Assembly: GCA_963833095.1 (NCBI GenBank)
Contig: CAWHWQ010000003.1
Span: forward strand, 199,376 to 263,375
Direction of reading: 5' to 3'
Origin: Vulcanimicrobiota bacterium
Lineage (GTDB): Bacteria > Vulcanimicrobiota > Vulcanimicrobiia > Vulcanimicrobiales > Vulcanimicrobiaceae
Length of the DNA: 64,000 nt
In this document: positions 42,006 through 52,398 of the stretch, piece by piece
Layout of the letters: the number at the start of each line of letters is the position of its first letter
Numbering within the stretch: position 1 is the stretch's first letter
Notes under the pieces: model-generated
What the model was told of the DNA's origin: nothing
Seen by the model: the letters and a program-made list of their open reading frames with translations, nothing else
Databases searched by the model: none
Program-made: the position numbers and the translations under genes

Positions 42006-43499
42006 ATGGCGTTGCTAGTTGTACTGGTGCTGGTCGGTCTTCCGCTTACCGTCTGGCTCAGTTTGCGGGAGATCACCAACGCGAGCCTCGAGCGGCAAGC
42101 CGCCAATCTTTCAACCGTTATCACCGGTATTCGCTCGTTTTACGCTACCGATGTCGTGGACCGCGTTCTTGCCGCGAACGGCCATGCGTTCGTCACCGCG
42201 CATTACCTCGAGCATCCCGGCGGCATTCCGATTCCCGCGAAGTTCTCGCTTGAACTCGGCCAAGTCATCGGAAATGATCAAGCGACCTACCGCTATCGAT
42301 TCATCTCGCACTATCCCTTTCGCGGTACGCCCGCGCACCCGTTCAACGCCTTTGAAGATGCGGCCCTCGCCACGCTCGAACGCGACCCACACCAGGCGCT
42401 CACCAACGTAACGTGGACCGGGATGAGCTCGCAGGTGAGCTACGTGACCCCGATCATAATGCGCGCCGGGTGCGTCGCTTGCCACAACAGCAGTCCCGCC
42501 AGTCCCAAGCGCGATTGGAAGGTTGGCGATGTTCGCGGAATCCAAGAACTGATCGTAACCCAACCGGTAGCGTATGATCTCGGCGATTTTCGCTATCTGT
42601 TGATCTATCTTGTCTTTCTCGCGCTGGCGGGTTTTGGGGCGCTCGCCCTGCAGCGCCGACAGTCGAAAGCCCTTAGCGCAGCCTACGCCTCGCTATCCGC
42701 TATCTCGAAGAAGATCTCGCGCTACATCTCCCCGCAAATCTACGATGCAATCTTCAGCGGTAAGTCCGATGCCGAACTTGCCACCAAACGCAAGAAGCTC
42801 ACCATCTTCTTCTCCGACATCAAGGACTTCACGGCGACCAGCGAGCGGCTTCAGGCCGAGCAACTTACCGAGCTGCTCAACGAATATTTCACCGAGATGG
42901 CGGCGATCGCGCTTGGCTATGGGGGGACGCTCGACAAATTCGTGGGTGACGCGATTCTCGTCTTTTTCGGCGACCCAGAGACGAGCGGTGAATCCGAGGA
43001 CGCGATTGCGTGCGTGTTTATGGCGCTTGCGATGCAAGCGCGCCTGACCGAACTCAACGCTCGCTGGCGTGGGCAGGGCATTGAACATCCCTTCCAAGTG
43101 CGAATGGGCATCAATACCGGCTACTGCAACGTGGGCAATTTCGGGTCTGCGCAACGCATGGACTACACGATCATTGGCGCCGAAGCGAACCTTGCGGCGC
43201 GCCTCGAGTCGATCGCCGAACCCGGCACGATCGTCGTCAGCTACGAAACCTATGCGCTGGTCCGCGGAACCGTGCACGCCCACGCCCTCGAGCCCATTCG
43301 CGTAAAGGGAATTTCGCGCGACGTCGTACCCTACAAAATCGACGGTTACATCGACGGACCGGAGAGCCCGACCGTGTTCAGTGAACACGGCAGCGGAATC
43401 GAATTCTATCTCGACGTCCACGCCGTTGCGGACCCGCAGGCCGCCCGTGCGCTCCTGGAGGACGCGCTTCGAGCCCTCGATGAACGCCATCCGAATTAG
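42006..43499 (+). CDS. Membrane class III cyclase with periplasmic c-type heme (DUF3365-like) sensor
   Basis: TM - 'CVACH...DWKVGDVRG' - TM - 'FSDIKDFT', 'DKFVGDA', 'YTIIGAEANLAARLE'; start may lie slightly upstream. Confidence 0.88.
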   Translation: MALLVVLVLVGLPLTVWLSLREITNASLERQAANLSTVITGIRSFYATDVVDRVLAANGHAFVTAHYLEHPGGIPIPAKFSLELGQVIGNDQATYRYRFISHYPFRGTPAHPFNAFEDAALATLERDPHQALTNVTWTGMSSQVSYVTPIIMRAGCVACHNSSPASPKRDWKVGDVRGIQELIVTQPVAYDLGDFRYLLIYLVFLALAGFGALALQRRQSKALSAAYASLSAISKKISRYISPQIYDAIFSGKSDAELATKRKKLTIFFSDIKDFTATSERLQAEQLTELLNEYFTEMAAIALGYGGTLDKFVGDAILVFFGDPETSGESEDAIACVFMALAMQARLTELNARWRGQGIEHPFQVRMGINTGYCNVGNFGSAQRMDYTIIGAEANLAARLESIAEPGTIVVSYETYALVRGTVHAHALEPIRVKGISRDVVPYKIDGYIDGPESPTVFSEHGSGIEFYLDVHAVADPQAARALLEDALRALDERHPN

Positions 43500-44382
43500 C
43501 CCGGTCGTCCGCGAAGCGCTGGAGAGACGAGCGCCGGTCGTCGCGCTCGAGTCAACGATCCTTGCGCACGGCATGCCGTATCCGCGCAATCTCGAAACGG
43601 CGCTCGCGGTCGAAGGCGACGTACGCGCCGCCGGCGTGATCCCCGCAACGATCGCGGTACTCGATGGACAGATCTGCGTTGGATTGGACCCAGTGCAACT
43701 CGAGCGTGTGGCGACGGCGAACCACATGCTCAAGCTCAGCCGCGCCGACCTTGCCTACGCCGTCGCCAGCGGTGGCGACGGCGCTACAACGGTCGCGGCG
43801 ACCATGTTTTGCGCGCACCGCGCCGGCATCGCTGTGTTCGCGACGGGCGGTATCGGTGGTGTGCATCGTGGTGCCGCGGATAGCATGGACGTCTCCGCCG
43901 ACCTGAGCGAACTCGCGCGCACGCCGGTCATGGTGGTATGCGCGGGAGCAAAAGCCATACTCGACATTCCCAAAACACTTGAGGTGCTCGAAACGCTGGG
44001 CGTTCCCACGATCGTGTATCGAAGCGACGAGTTTCCTGCCTTCTGGAGCCGGCAGAGTGGCATCCCCGCGCCGCTACGCCGCGACAATCCCGCACAACTT
44101 GCCGCCATCTTTCGTTGCGCGCGGGAGCTTGAAATCGAAAGTGGGATGCTGGTCGCCAATCCGATTGAGGCCGAATTTGAGATCCCGCATGATACTCTGA
44201 CAAACATCATCGAACGCGCGGTAGCCCAGGCGCGCGCTGAGCGTATCGCCGGGAAGGCGCTCACGCCTTGGTTGCTCAATCGCGTGCTTGCGTTGACGCA
44301 AGGGCGCAGCCTCGAAGCGAACATTGCATTGGTCCGCGCGAACGCGAGACTGGCTGCGGAAATTGTAAAAGAGCTGGTTTGA
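43480..44382 (+). CDS. psuG: Pseudouridine-5'-phosphate glycosidase
   Basis: 'VVALESTILAHGMPYP', 'ATTVAATM', 'FATGGIGGVHRG', 'DVSADL', 'GAKAILD'. Confidence 0.94.
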   Translation: MNAIRISPVVREALERRAPVVALESTILAHGMPYPRNLETALAVEGDVRAAGVIPATIAVLDGQICVGLDPVQLERVATANHMLKLSRADLAYAVASGGDGATTVAATMFCAHRAGIAVFATGGIGGVHRGAADSMDVSADLSELARTPVMVVCAGAKAILDIPKTLEVLETLGVPTIVYRSDEFPAFWSRQSGIPAPLRRDNPAQLAAIFRCARELEIESGMLVANPIEAEFEIPHDTLTNIIERAVAQARAERIAGKALTPWLLNRVLALTQGRSLEANIALVRANARLAAEIVKELV

Positions 44383-44398
44383 CCTTGCGCACCTTTCG

Positions 44399-45289
44399 CT
44401 AGTTGTGCGGATCGGGCGGATCGGGCGCCTCACTCGCGTGCTGCGCGTAATCTCGCGCGTCAAAGTACCAGGCCGGTAGCGACGCTGGAAACACGAGGTC
44501 TTTGTAATCATAGTCGACGGTCTTTCCATCCCCGTCGTAGTTGCCGTAGACCACGCCGTGGATGTGCGTAATGACCGGAATTCCCTCGTACATGGAAAAC
44601 TCAACAGTAAAAAGCACCGGATAGGGGTCGTGTCCCGGTTCGAAGAGCTTGTCGGTCGCAAGCAGTTTGCGCAGTTCCAGCGTCTTGGCATCGACCCACA
44701 GTTCACGCAAACGATTGCGCTCGGGCTCCCGTCGTGGAATAAGCGTAAGGTGCAGTTCATCGCCCTCGCGCTGCACGTTGGTGACGCGGTAGTCGAATTC
44801 GGCATGCACGCGCACTGTGGCGATCACCGGCGGAAGCGATACTTCGGGCGTTGGAACGAAGGTCGGCGGGTACGTGTGCAGCGGTGCCGGCTCGAACACA
44901 TCGGCGGTAGGCGGCCCCGGGTCTGTCGCGGCGTTGAAAATCGGCCGATCGAAGGTCATCGGTCCGACGTCACCAAGGTCGCTGATTCTTCGACGCAGCG
45001 CAGCGTGATCGAGCGAACGATACCAGACGTGATCGGTGTAGCTGTTCACGTAGTCGGGATAACCGTAATTCGTCTGTTGCTTGCGAACGATCGTGTAGGT
45101 CTCAAAGGGCGGCGGAGGCCGATGCGTCCGGAATTGCGCGCGGATCGCCGCCAGCAAATCGTCGGGCGACGGCAAGGGCGTCGGTGCCACGGCGACGGTC
45201 GAACCGACCGCCGGCGCGGCAATGCCGGCAACCGCTAGCGTTAAAAGCGCGAGAAGGGCGACCCAAGGCAACCGTTTCATCCTGGTCAT
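44399..45289 (-). CDS. Secreted hypothetical protein (possibly LolA-like beta fold)
   Basis: Signal peptide; Pro-rich linker; 'HLTLIPRREP..RLRELWVDAKT'. Confidence 0.65.
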   Translation of the reverse strand: MTRMKRLPWVALLALLTLAVAGIAAPAVGSTVAVAPTPLPSPDDLLAAIRAQFRTHRPPPPFETYTIVRKQQTNYGYPDYVNSYTDHVWYRSLDHAALRRRISDLGDVGPMTFDRPIFNAATDPGPPTADVFEPAPLHTYPPTFVPTPEVSLPPVIATVRVHAEFDYRVTNVQREGDELHLTLIPRREPERNRLRELWVDAKTLELRKLLATDKLFEPGHDPYPVLFTVEFSMYEGIPVITHIHGVVYGNYDGDGKTVDYDYKDLVFPASLPAWYFDARDYAQHASEAPDPPDPHN

Positions 45290-45357
45290 GGTATCGTTTA
45301 CGTTCTTTGGGATTCCTGGGAAGTGATCCGCCAAGCGGGTCGAAGCGTTCTTTGAGC

Positions 45358-46014
45358 ATGAACCGTTTGCGCGCAATCACTCTGACAACGTTGGCCCTCG
45401 TGGGGACGTTCCTTACCGCGGGCGTTGGGCCCGCACCCGCAGCGACCGAGCAGCACGTCGTGCTGGCCGGGGGCTGCTTCTGGGGCATGCAAGCCGTCTT
45501 TGAATCGGTGCGCGGCGTCACGCACGTTGTCGCGGGCTTCTCGGGCGGAGCCGCCGATACGGCGCACTACGAGATGGTCTCGACCGGCACGACCGGGCAT
45601 GCAGAATCGGTCGACGTCACCTACGATCCTGCGAAGATCTCGTTCCAGCAATTGCTTGGGGTCTATTTTTTGGTCGCGACCGATCCGACCGAGCTCAATC
45701 GCCAAGGGCCCGATGACGGCACGCAATACCGATCCGAGATCTACTACACGGATGCGCAGCAGCGTGACCAGGCAAACGCATATATTGCCTCACTCACCAA
45801 GCGTCACGTCTACGCCGACCCGATTGTGACCAAGGTGGCCCCACTGACCGGATTCTATCCGGCCGAAGCCTACCATCAGGATTATTTGGTACACAATCCC
45901 GACAGTCCGTACATCGTCTACAACGATCTGCCCAAGCTGCGCGCGTTGCGCGAAAAATATCCGGCACTCGTCAACGAGAGCGCCGCGCCAATGAAGGTAG
46001 TGGCGAAGAACTGA
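45358..46014 (+). CDS. msrA: Peptide-methionine (S)-S-oxide reductase with signal peptide
   Basis: 'AGGCFWG', 'TGHAE', 'GTQYRS', 'AEAYHQDY'. Confidence 0.95.
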   Translation: MNRLRAITLTTLALVGTFLTAGVGPAPAATEQHVVLAGGCFWGMQAVFESVRGVTHVVAGFSGGAADTAHYEMVSTGTTGHAESVDVTYDPAKISFQQLLGVYFLVATDPTELNRQGPDDGTQYRSEIYYTDAQQRDQANAYIASLTKRHVYADPIVTKVAPLTGFYPAEAYHQDYLVHNPDSPYIVYNDLPKLRALREKYPALVNESAAPMKVVAKN

Positions 46015-46019
46015 GAAGC

Positions 46020-46784
46020 TTATCTTGGAGCGAGACGGATTGCGCCGTCTAGGCGAATCGTCTCGCCGTTGAGCATCTGATTCTCGAAAATGTGTCGCGC
46101 CAACGCCGCGTATTCGCGCGGCTGACCTAGTCGCGCCGGAAACGGCGTTTGCTTCCCAAGCGATTCACGCGCGGCTTCTGGTAACCCCGCGAGCATGGGC
46201 GTGTCGAAGATGCCCGGTGCGATGCTGCACACGCGAATCTGCGCTTGCGCAAATTCGCGCGCGAGCGGCAGGGTGAGGCCGACGATGCCGCCCTTGGACG
46301 CAGCATAGGCTACTTGGCCGACCTGTCCGTCGTAAGCTGCAACCGACGCGGTGCAGACAATCGCGCCGCGGTCGGCGCCCGGATCGACCGGCTGGGTCAT
46401 CATCTGCGCGGCGGACAAGCGAATCACATTGAACGTTCCAATCAAGTTGACGGAGATCACTTTGGCAAAATGCGCGAGCGGCTGCGGCCCCTCTTTGCCC
46501 ACGGCGCGTTCGGCCGTCGCGATGCCGGCGCAGTTGATAACTCCATGCAGTCCGCCGAACTGCGCCACCGCGAGGGCGATTGCGGCGCTCACTTGGGTCT
46601 CGTCGGTAACGTCGGTCTTGGCAAAGCGCACGCATGTTCCGAGCTCGCTCGCGAGTTGCGCTCCATGCTCGCCGATGTCGGCGATGACCAGGTTCGCCCC
46701 GGCAGCGGTGAATTCGCGCACGCACGCGGCGCCCAAACCGGAGCTCCCGCCGGTGACAAGAACCGTTTTCCCGGCGATATCCAC
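46020..46784 (-). CDS. 3-hydroxyacyl-CoA dehydrogenase type II (SDR)
   Basis: 'TGGSSGLG', 'NCAGI', '[21 protein letters not shown]', 'IRLDGAIRL'. Confidence 0.9.
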   Translation of the reverse strand: MDIAGKTVLVTGGSSGLGAACVREFTAAGANLVIADIGEHGAQLASELGTCVRFAKTDVTDETQVSAAIALAVAQFGGLHGVINCAGIATAERAVGKEGPQPLAHFAKVISVNLIGTFNVIRLSAAQMMTQPVDPGADRGAIVCTASVAAYDGQVGQVAYAASKGGIVGLTLPLAREFAQAQIRVCSIAPGIFDTPMLAGLPEAARESLGKQTPFPARLGQPREYAALARHIFENQMLNGETIRLDGAIRLAPR

Positions 46785-46812
46785 GTAGGTTCGTCTCCTT
46801 TTTTGCCGCAGG

Positions 46813-47637
46813 TCAGCGAATTGCCGCCAGTGGCACGTCGTGGTGCTGCGCGAGTTCCTCCCACTCCTGCGCGGAGCGCGCAGCGAACGCCGCGCCAATG
46901 GTTTCCGCGTCGAGGCGCTCGATCCCCAACATTGCTTGCAGACGCTGTGCGAAGTGCGGTTCGAGCGCAGCGATAGCAACGTAGCCTTCACGCGCCGCAT
47001 AGATATTGTAAACCGGCAATCCTCCGCCGAGCACGCCGCCCGCTCGCGTGAGTCCGTGCAGATACGGTTGCGCGAAGTCGCGCGCGACGTCGGTAATCGC
47101 AACAGTGGCAAAGCCCGCCTCCCCGGTTCGCTCCCGTTGCAACAGGAGCGCGAGGGAGACACTGGCGACGCGCTCCGCCGCGGCCATGTCGCCTACCAAC
47201 ACCCGCGGCAGCGCCGGCGGCGCGATCATCCCGGCGCGCGCTTGATACGTTAAATCATGTCCCGGACGATCGTCGTCGGGCGCTGCTTCCCCGATGAGCG
47301 CGACGCTACACAGCCGTGGATACCGCTGGTGCAGGGCCGGCCAATCGAGTTGCGCGTTTGCAAGCGATTGGGGACGCATCGCCGTGAGAACCAGATCGGC
47401 CTCATGCAAACGCTCGTCAACGAGCGCCTTCGCTTCGGGAGCGTGCAGGTCGAACTGCACGATCTCCATCCCGGCGACGATCTCCTCGTACCAAGCCGGC
47501 GCTGCAGCGGCCAGCGGATCGCCGCGCAGCGGCTCGATCTTCACCACGCTTGCGCCCAGCGCGCGAAGTCTCGCTGCCGCAAGCGGCCCGGGAAGATTCG
47601 CCGCGACTGCGACGACGCGCAGGCCTTGAAGTAGCAA
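46813..47637 (-). CDS. CoA-transferase family III (short form)
   Basis: 'NLPGP', '[12 protein letters not shown]', 'PGHDLTYQA'. Confidence 0.85.
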   Translation of the reverse strand: MLLQGLRVVAVAANLPGPLAAARLRALGASVVKIEPLRGDPLAAAAPAWYEEIVAGMEIVQFDLHAPEAKALVDERLHEADLVLTAMRPQSLANAQLDWPALHQRYPRLCSVALIGEAAPDDDRPGHDLTYQARAGMIAPPALPRVLVGDMAAAERVASVSLALLLQRERTGEAGFATVAITDVARDFAQPYLHGLTRAGGVLGGGLPVYNIYAAREGYVAIAALEPHFAQRLQAMLGIERLDAETIGAAFAARSAQEWEELAQHHDVPLAAIR

Positions 47638-48069
47638 TTACGCGCGTCGCGCGGCGCGTGCGAGATAGAATGCCATCGGCAGCGCATAGAACACCGCGGT
47701 GCCAAGCAAATCTTCCCTGAAATTGCTGCTCCAAGTTGTGCCGGTCTTCGTCGAAACGATGAACGCCATCACCGCGGTCACGATGACACCCCATACGATT
47801 CCGGCGACGAGCCAGTTCCGCAGTTGGCCGATTGCGCTCACGATATACGCGTAAAGCACCGCCCACACGATCGAAATGACCGCATGCACCAACAATCCTA
47901 CCCACCACGGACTTCCCGGCCCGGCGGCAGCGCTCGCCATGCCGGTCCACAGCGTGATCGGCGATATGTGATGCCAAAGAGAAAGGAACGCATCGACGAC
48001 GATACCGCCAATGATCCCGGCGATCACCGCCGGGGCAAGAAGTGAAGCGGAACGAGCTCGCGCACTCAT
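47638..48069 (-). CDS. Four-TM membrane protein
   Basis: GGAGG RBS; hydrophobic helices; 'GLLVHAVISIVWA'. Confidence 0.7.
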   Translation of the reverse strand: MSARARSASLLAPAVIAGIIGGIVVDAFLSLWHHISPITLWTGMASAAAGPGSPWWVGLLVHAVISIVWAVLYAYIVSAIGQLRNWLVAGIVWGVIVTAVMAFIVSTKTGTTWSSNFREDLLGTAVFYALPMAFYLARAARRA

Positions 48070-48126
48070 AGCTAAACCTCCAAGGACGTAGGGCAATCGC
48101 GAAGAGCGTGAGAACCTGCGAACCTC

Positions 48127-49038
48127 GTGTCGAAACGCCGTTCTCGGCGCCGCCTCTCGGGCGGCTGGCCTGCGCTCCTCCTCCTCTTTGTCATCGCATG
48201 CGCAGCCGGTTGGTACCTGCTTCGCCCGCTCCCGCACAACGGCGCGAGCGCACCGTCACAGCCGTCGGTCGCGCAAACCGCCTCGAGCGAAACGCCCGCC
48301 GCCGCTTCGAGTGAAACGGCAGCGCCCTCGCCGTCCCCGGTAACAAGCGCGACGCCGACGCTAACGCCAAACCCTCGCGGTCCCAAGATTGCGCTGATCG
48401 TGGACGATTGTGGTCAGTGGGTCGACATCGAGCGCGGCTACATCGCGCTGCCCGTACCGTTGACGCTCTCCGTGCTCCCGCACGTTCACGCCGGTGCGGA
48501 GATCGCGCAAGAAGCGCATGATGCGGGTAAGGGCGTAATGCTGCATCTCCCCATGGAGACGCTTTCGGGGATGTATCCCGGGCCGGGCGAAGTCAAAACC
48601 TCGATGACCGACGCGCAAATCGCCGCGCAAGTTCAAGACGATCTCGCGCAAGTGCCGCTTGCGCAAGGCGTCAACAATCATGAAGGCAGTAAGGCGAGCG
48701 CCGATCCGCGCGTGATGCACGACGTTATGCAGGTGCTTTCACAGCATGGCGGTCTCTTCTTCATCGATTCGCGCACCAACGCGGCATCGGTCGGCGCGCA
48801 GGAGGCGACCGCGGCCGGTATTCCGACCGCATCGCGCGACGTGTTTCTCGATAACCGTGCGGACGTCAACTACACCGAAGGACAGCTACGCGAAGCTGCG
48901 GCCATTGCGCTACGCACCGGTAGCGCGATCGCGATCGGTCATCCGCGCGCAACCACCCTCGAAGCGGTTCGCGCGATGATTCCGCAGTTGCAAGCGCAGG
49001 GAATTACGTTCGTCTTGGCCGGCAGTCTAACGCACTGA
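48127..49038 (+). CDS. Divergent polysaccharide deacetylase
   Basis: 'ALIVDDCG', 'MLHLPME', 'NNHEGS', 'FIDSRT', 'RDVFLD', 'IGHP'. Confidence 0.92.
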   Translation: MSKRRSRRRLSGGWPALLLLFVIACAAGWYLLRPLPHNGASAPSQPSVAQTASSETPAAASSETAAPSPSPVTSATPTLTPNPRGPKIALIVDDCGQWVDIERGYIALPVPLTLSVLPHVHAGAEIAQEAHDAGKGVMLHLPMETLSGMYPGPGEVKTSMTDAQIAAQVQDDLAQVPLAQGVNNHEGSKASADPRVMHDVMQVLSQHGGLFFIDSRTNAASVGAQEATAAGIPTASRDVFLDNRADVNYTEGQLREAAAIALRTGSAIAIGHPRATTLEAVRAMIPQLQAQGITFVLAGSLTH

Positions 49039-49056
49039 CGAACAACCTGGACAAAA

Positions 49057-49416
49057 TCAGGCTTGGAGGCCGAGCCAGCGTTCGGCCCAGCGCCCCAACG
49101 CATCGAGTGACTCTTGCAGTTCGGCACCCGCGCAAGTCAACTGATAAATGACCTTGACGGGAGAGCCCGGCTCGACGCGGCGGACGATCAGCTCCTCGTG
49201 TTCGAGTTCGCGCAGCCGCTCGGTCAACAAACGATCGGAGATTCCAGGGATTGCAGCGAGCAATTCGTTGAAGCGACGCGGCCCACCGAGCAAAACGCGA
49301 ATGATCGCCCCGGTCCAGCGCCGGCCGATCAACTCGACTGCGCGATGAAAGCGCGGACAGAGGGCGCTTGGGGCGCTCTCCGAATGCGATTCTTCCGGTG
49401 CTGCGTGCGTTGACAT
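49057..49416 (-). CDS. HxlR/DUF24 winged-helix regulator
   Basis: 'CPRFHRAVELIGRRW', 'RFNEL', 'ISDRLLTERLRELE'. Confidence 0.92.
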   Translation of the reverse strand: MSTHAAPEESHSESAPSALCPRFHRAVELIGRRWTGAIIRVLLGGPRRFNELLAAIPGISDRLLTERLRELEHEELIVRRVEPGSPVKVIYQLTCAGAELQESLDALGRWAERWLGLQA

Positions 49417-49447
49417 CGATCGTTTCCTCGTGCTATCGTTTTTACAA

Positions 49448-49460
49448 ACTTACCATAAGT
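49448..49460. promoter_or_regulatory. Putative HxlR-family operator
   Basis: Palindrome ACTTA-CCA-TAAGT (ACT-N7-AGT) in the AT-rich divergent intergenic region. Confidence 0.6.
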
Positions 49461-49498
49461 ATGTTACTAAGACAATATAAGGGCGGAGGTCTTCGACC

Positions 49499-50002
49499 AT
49501 GGATGCAGCTTTGCTGTTCGTTCGCCTCGTCATCGGTTTAGCCATGGCAGCTCATGGTGTCCAGAAGCTCTTCGGCTGGCTGGGCGGGTACGGCCTGGCA
49601 GGCACCGGCGGCTTCTTTGAGGGGCTCGGGTTTCGGCCTGGGCGACTTTTTGCGTTCTTCGCCGGGCTGGGCGAGGCCGGCGGCGGGGTCCTCATCGTGC
49701 TCGGTCTCGGCGGCGCGCTTGGGCCGGCGACTATCGTGATGGTGATGTTGGTGGCAATCTTCGCGGTCCACATCAGCAAGGGGTTCTTTATCACCAACGG
49801 CGGCTGGGAACTCAATGCGGTGTACATCGCCTCGGCGGTCGCACTCGCCTACGTTGGATACGGCGCGTATTCGCTCGATAGCGCTCTCGGGTTCACCCTG
49901 CTCTCGACGGCGCAATCGGCGACGATTCTGATGATTGCCGCGATCGTACTTGCGGGCCTCAATATGCTCGCGCGGCGTCCTGCCCCTCAACAACCGAGCT
50001 AA
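49499..50002 (+). CDS. DoxX family protein
   Basis: 'AHGVQKLFGW.GG.G..GT', 'VHISKGFF..NGGWE', 'GAYSLD'. Confidence 0.9.
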   Translation: MDAALLFVRLVIGLAMAAHGVQKLFGWLGGYGLAGTGGFFEGLGFRPGRLFAFFAGLGEAGGGVLIVLGLGGALGPATIVMVMLVAIFAVHISKGFFITNGGWELNAVYIASAVALAYVGYGAYSLDSALGFTLLSTAQSATILMIAAIVLAGLNMLARRPAPQQPS

Positions 50003-51498
50003 GGCGACGCTAACCACGCGGTTATCGTCCCGACCAAACGCGGGTCGAGCGCGACGCGCGTTTCCAAATCGACACCGGCAGCCGCGTCGCTTTTCGAGAT
50101 TTGCGCAAAAAGATGCGAGTCCCCCGAGAGTTCCACGTCGGAAAACGTCCTTGGGTGCGCCGCTTCTGCCGCCGCGATAAATGCGCGCAGGTCGTCGTCG
50201 GTAACGTTGGGATCGTTGGAACCGTGGACGAGCAGCATTGGCTGGCGCACCTGACGCACTTCGTCAACCGGATCGACGTCATTAAAGCTCTCGACGTACG
50301 CCGCTTTCTCGGCGGCCCGCAGTTGGCTCTGTTCCGCGGGCGAAACGTGCTCGCGAGCGATCTGGCGCTCGATCATCGCGGTGTAATTCATCGGTAACGG
50401 CGCAAGCATGATGATGCCGCGCACCGGCGCACCCGCTAGCGCGATCCCCATGACGAGCTCGCCACCCTCACTGTGACCCAGAAAATAGATTCGCTTTGCA
50501 TCGATTCGCGATGCGTTTCCAACGAAAGCTACCGCGGCGACTCCGTCCGCAACAGGGTCGTCTCTAACAACTTTCATTAGCGGTACCGCGCTCGTGCTGG
50601 CTCCGGTACCGCGTTTGTCGTAGCGGAGCACCGCGTAGCCCCGCGCGTTGAGCGCATCGGCTAGTTCCGCGAAGATCGGATTGGGCCCGACCGTTTCGTT
50701 GCGGTCTGAAATCCCGCTGCCTTGCAGCAGAATCACACACGGAAATGGACCCACGCCGTCGGGATACGAGATCGTTCCTGCGAGAACGCTGCCGTCTTTT
50801 GACGTGAAGGTCACGTCGCGCGATCCGAAATGCGATGGCGGCGCGGTTGCGGTGGGCGCGACGGTCGGGACGGCGACCGTTTGCGTCGACGAATTGTGCG
50901 AGATGAGTCGCATCTGCAATCCGTGCGCTCCGTCGAAGCCTTGCATGACGAGCGTCGTCCGATCGTACCACAGCGTTTGCATCACGCCCTGGGCGCTCAA
51001 GGTTAGCGCTGCTGCGCTCGCGGACACGCCGGTCGGAGGGACCGCAGGCGAAAGTGCGATGGCGAACGGAATCACGCGCGGATACACCGTGGTGACGAAG
51101 GAAACGTCGGCTGAGCCCGAGGCCAGCGCCGCTGGAAGCACCACGAGCGCTTCGGCCAAGCCATCATCGACGAACGCACGCGAAGCGTGCGCGATGTCGA
51201 AGTGCATCTGCGCTGCGCCGCTAAAATCCACGCCACTCACGGTGGCAGCCGCACGGAGAACCGGCCTCCCTCCGACCGCGACGTCGAGCGATTTGAATTG
51301 TACGGGATCCTCGTAAACCGCGACGGTTGAGTAGGCCTGGCCGTTGATCGTCGCCGTTTCCGTGATCGTCGTGCCGCCGTCAGCGTGATTGACCACGATC
51401 TGCGAGGTGCCCAGCGACGTCCCCGCTAGGGAGATTGCATACACGTAGGTTCCCGTGGGCGGCGCGGCGACGGCTGCGAGAATCATCAAAGCAAGCAT
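49999..51498 (-). CDS. Secreted alpha/beta hydrolase with N-terminal beta-rich domain
   Basis: 'GSGISDRNE', 'RYDKRG', 'GHSEGG', 'HGSND', 'SHLF'. Confidence 0.82.
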   Translation of the reverse strand: MLALMILAAVAAPPTGTYVYAISLAGTSLGTSQIVVNHADGGTTITETATINGQAYSTVAVYEDPVQFKSLDVAVGGRPVLRAAATVSGVDFSGAAQMHFDIAHASRAFVDDGLAEALVVLPAALASGSADVSFVTTVYPRVIPFAIALSPAVPPTGVSASAAALTLSAQGVMQTLWYDRTTLVMQGFDGAHGLQMRLISHNSSTQTVAVPTVAPTATAPPSHFGSRDVTFTSKDGSVLAGTISYPDGVGPFPCVILLQGSGISDRNETVGPNPIFAELADALNARGYAVLRYDKRGTGASTSAVPLMKVVRDDPVADGVAAVAFVGNASRIDAKRIYFLGHSEGGELVMGIALAGAPVRGIIMLAPLPMNYTAMIERQIAREHVSPAEQSQLRAAEKAAYVESFNDVDPVDEVRQVRQPMLLVHGSNDPNVTDDDLRAFIAAAEAAHPRTFSDVELSGDSHLFAQISKSDAAAGVDLETRVALDPRLVGTITAWLASP

Positions 51499-51552
51499 TC
51501 CCGACGTTATCGTGCAACCGGCCCAGGCTCCTTGGTCGTTTTGCACTACACT

Positions 51553-52398
51553 ATGAACTATAAGACTATTGCCTTTTACGGGGCCGGCATGCTCGGTTCG
51601 GGGTTTGTCAAATCGCTGTGCCGCCAAGGCTACGAGGTCAACGTTTGGAATCGGTCGTTCGACAAGGCCGAGGCGCTCGAGGTTGTCGGCGCGCATGCGT
51701 TCCAAGATGCCGCGCAAGCCGCACATGGCGCAGACATCGTGCACCTCTGCGTACGCGATGAAGCCGCCGTCGATGCCATACTCGCTGCGGCGCTGCCCGG
51801 GATTGCTGCAAGGGCACCGATCGTCGATCACACGACCGTCGCCGTCGAGAGCGTTGCGCCGCGTGCGCAGCGTTTAAAGGAAGCCGGCTTCTCGTTCCTG
51901 CACGCGCCGGTCTTTATGGGCCCACCGCAGGCCGAGTCCGCGCAAGGCGTGATGCTCGCGTCGGGTCCGCAGAGTATTTTCGATGCGGTACGCGAGCATC
52001 TGGCAACGATGACCGGCAAGGTTCAGTATCTGGGCGAGCGCGTCGATCTCGCCGCAATCTACAAACTTATGGGCAATGCGATGATCCTCGCGGTCGTCGG
52101 CGGCCTCGCCGATATCTATACGATCGCGCAAGCGCAAGGACTCACACCGGCGCAAGCCTACGAACTGTTTTCGTTTTACAGCGTCGAAGGCCAAATAACC
52201 GGGCGGGGCAAGCGCATGGCAGAAGGTGAGTACACGCCGCTGTGGACGCTCGACATGGCCGAAAAAGACGCGCGCCTCATGCAAGCCGCGGCTAAAGGTA
52301 CGCCAATTCCGGTTATCGATGCCGTCGACGGCGCGATGCGCGAGCGCATGGCACGTAATCTAGGCGATCGCGACCTCAGCGCACTTGCAATCCGATAG
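51553..52398 (+). CDS. NAD(P)-dependent oxidoreductase, beta-hydroxyacid dehydrogenase family
   Basis: 'GAGMLG', 'WNRS', 'HAPVFMGP', 'YKLMGN'. Confidence 0.87.
   Translation: MNYKTIAFYGAGMLGSGFVKSLCRQGYEVNVWNRSFDKAEALEVVGAHAFQDAAQAAHGADIVHLCVRDEAAVDAILAAALPGIAARAPIVDHTTVAVESVAPRAQRLKEAGFSFLHAPVFMGPPQAESAQGVMLASGPQSIFDAVREHLATMTGKVQYLGERVDLAAIYKLMGNAMILAVVGGLADIYTIAQAQGLTPAQAYELFSFYSVEGQITGRGKRMAEGEYTPLWTLDMAEKDARLMQAAAKGTPIPVIDAVDGAMRERMARNLGDRDLSALAIR

Noticed and set aside
42693..43733. Long antisense ORFs (here and at 19163-20062, 32453-33385, 29531-30370)
   Set aside because: Shadow ORFs opposite well-supported genes, as expected in high-GC DNA
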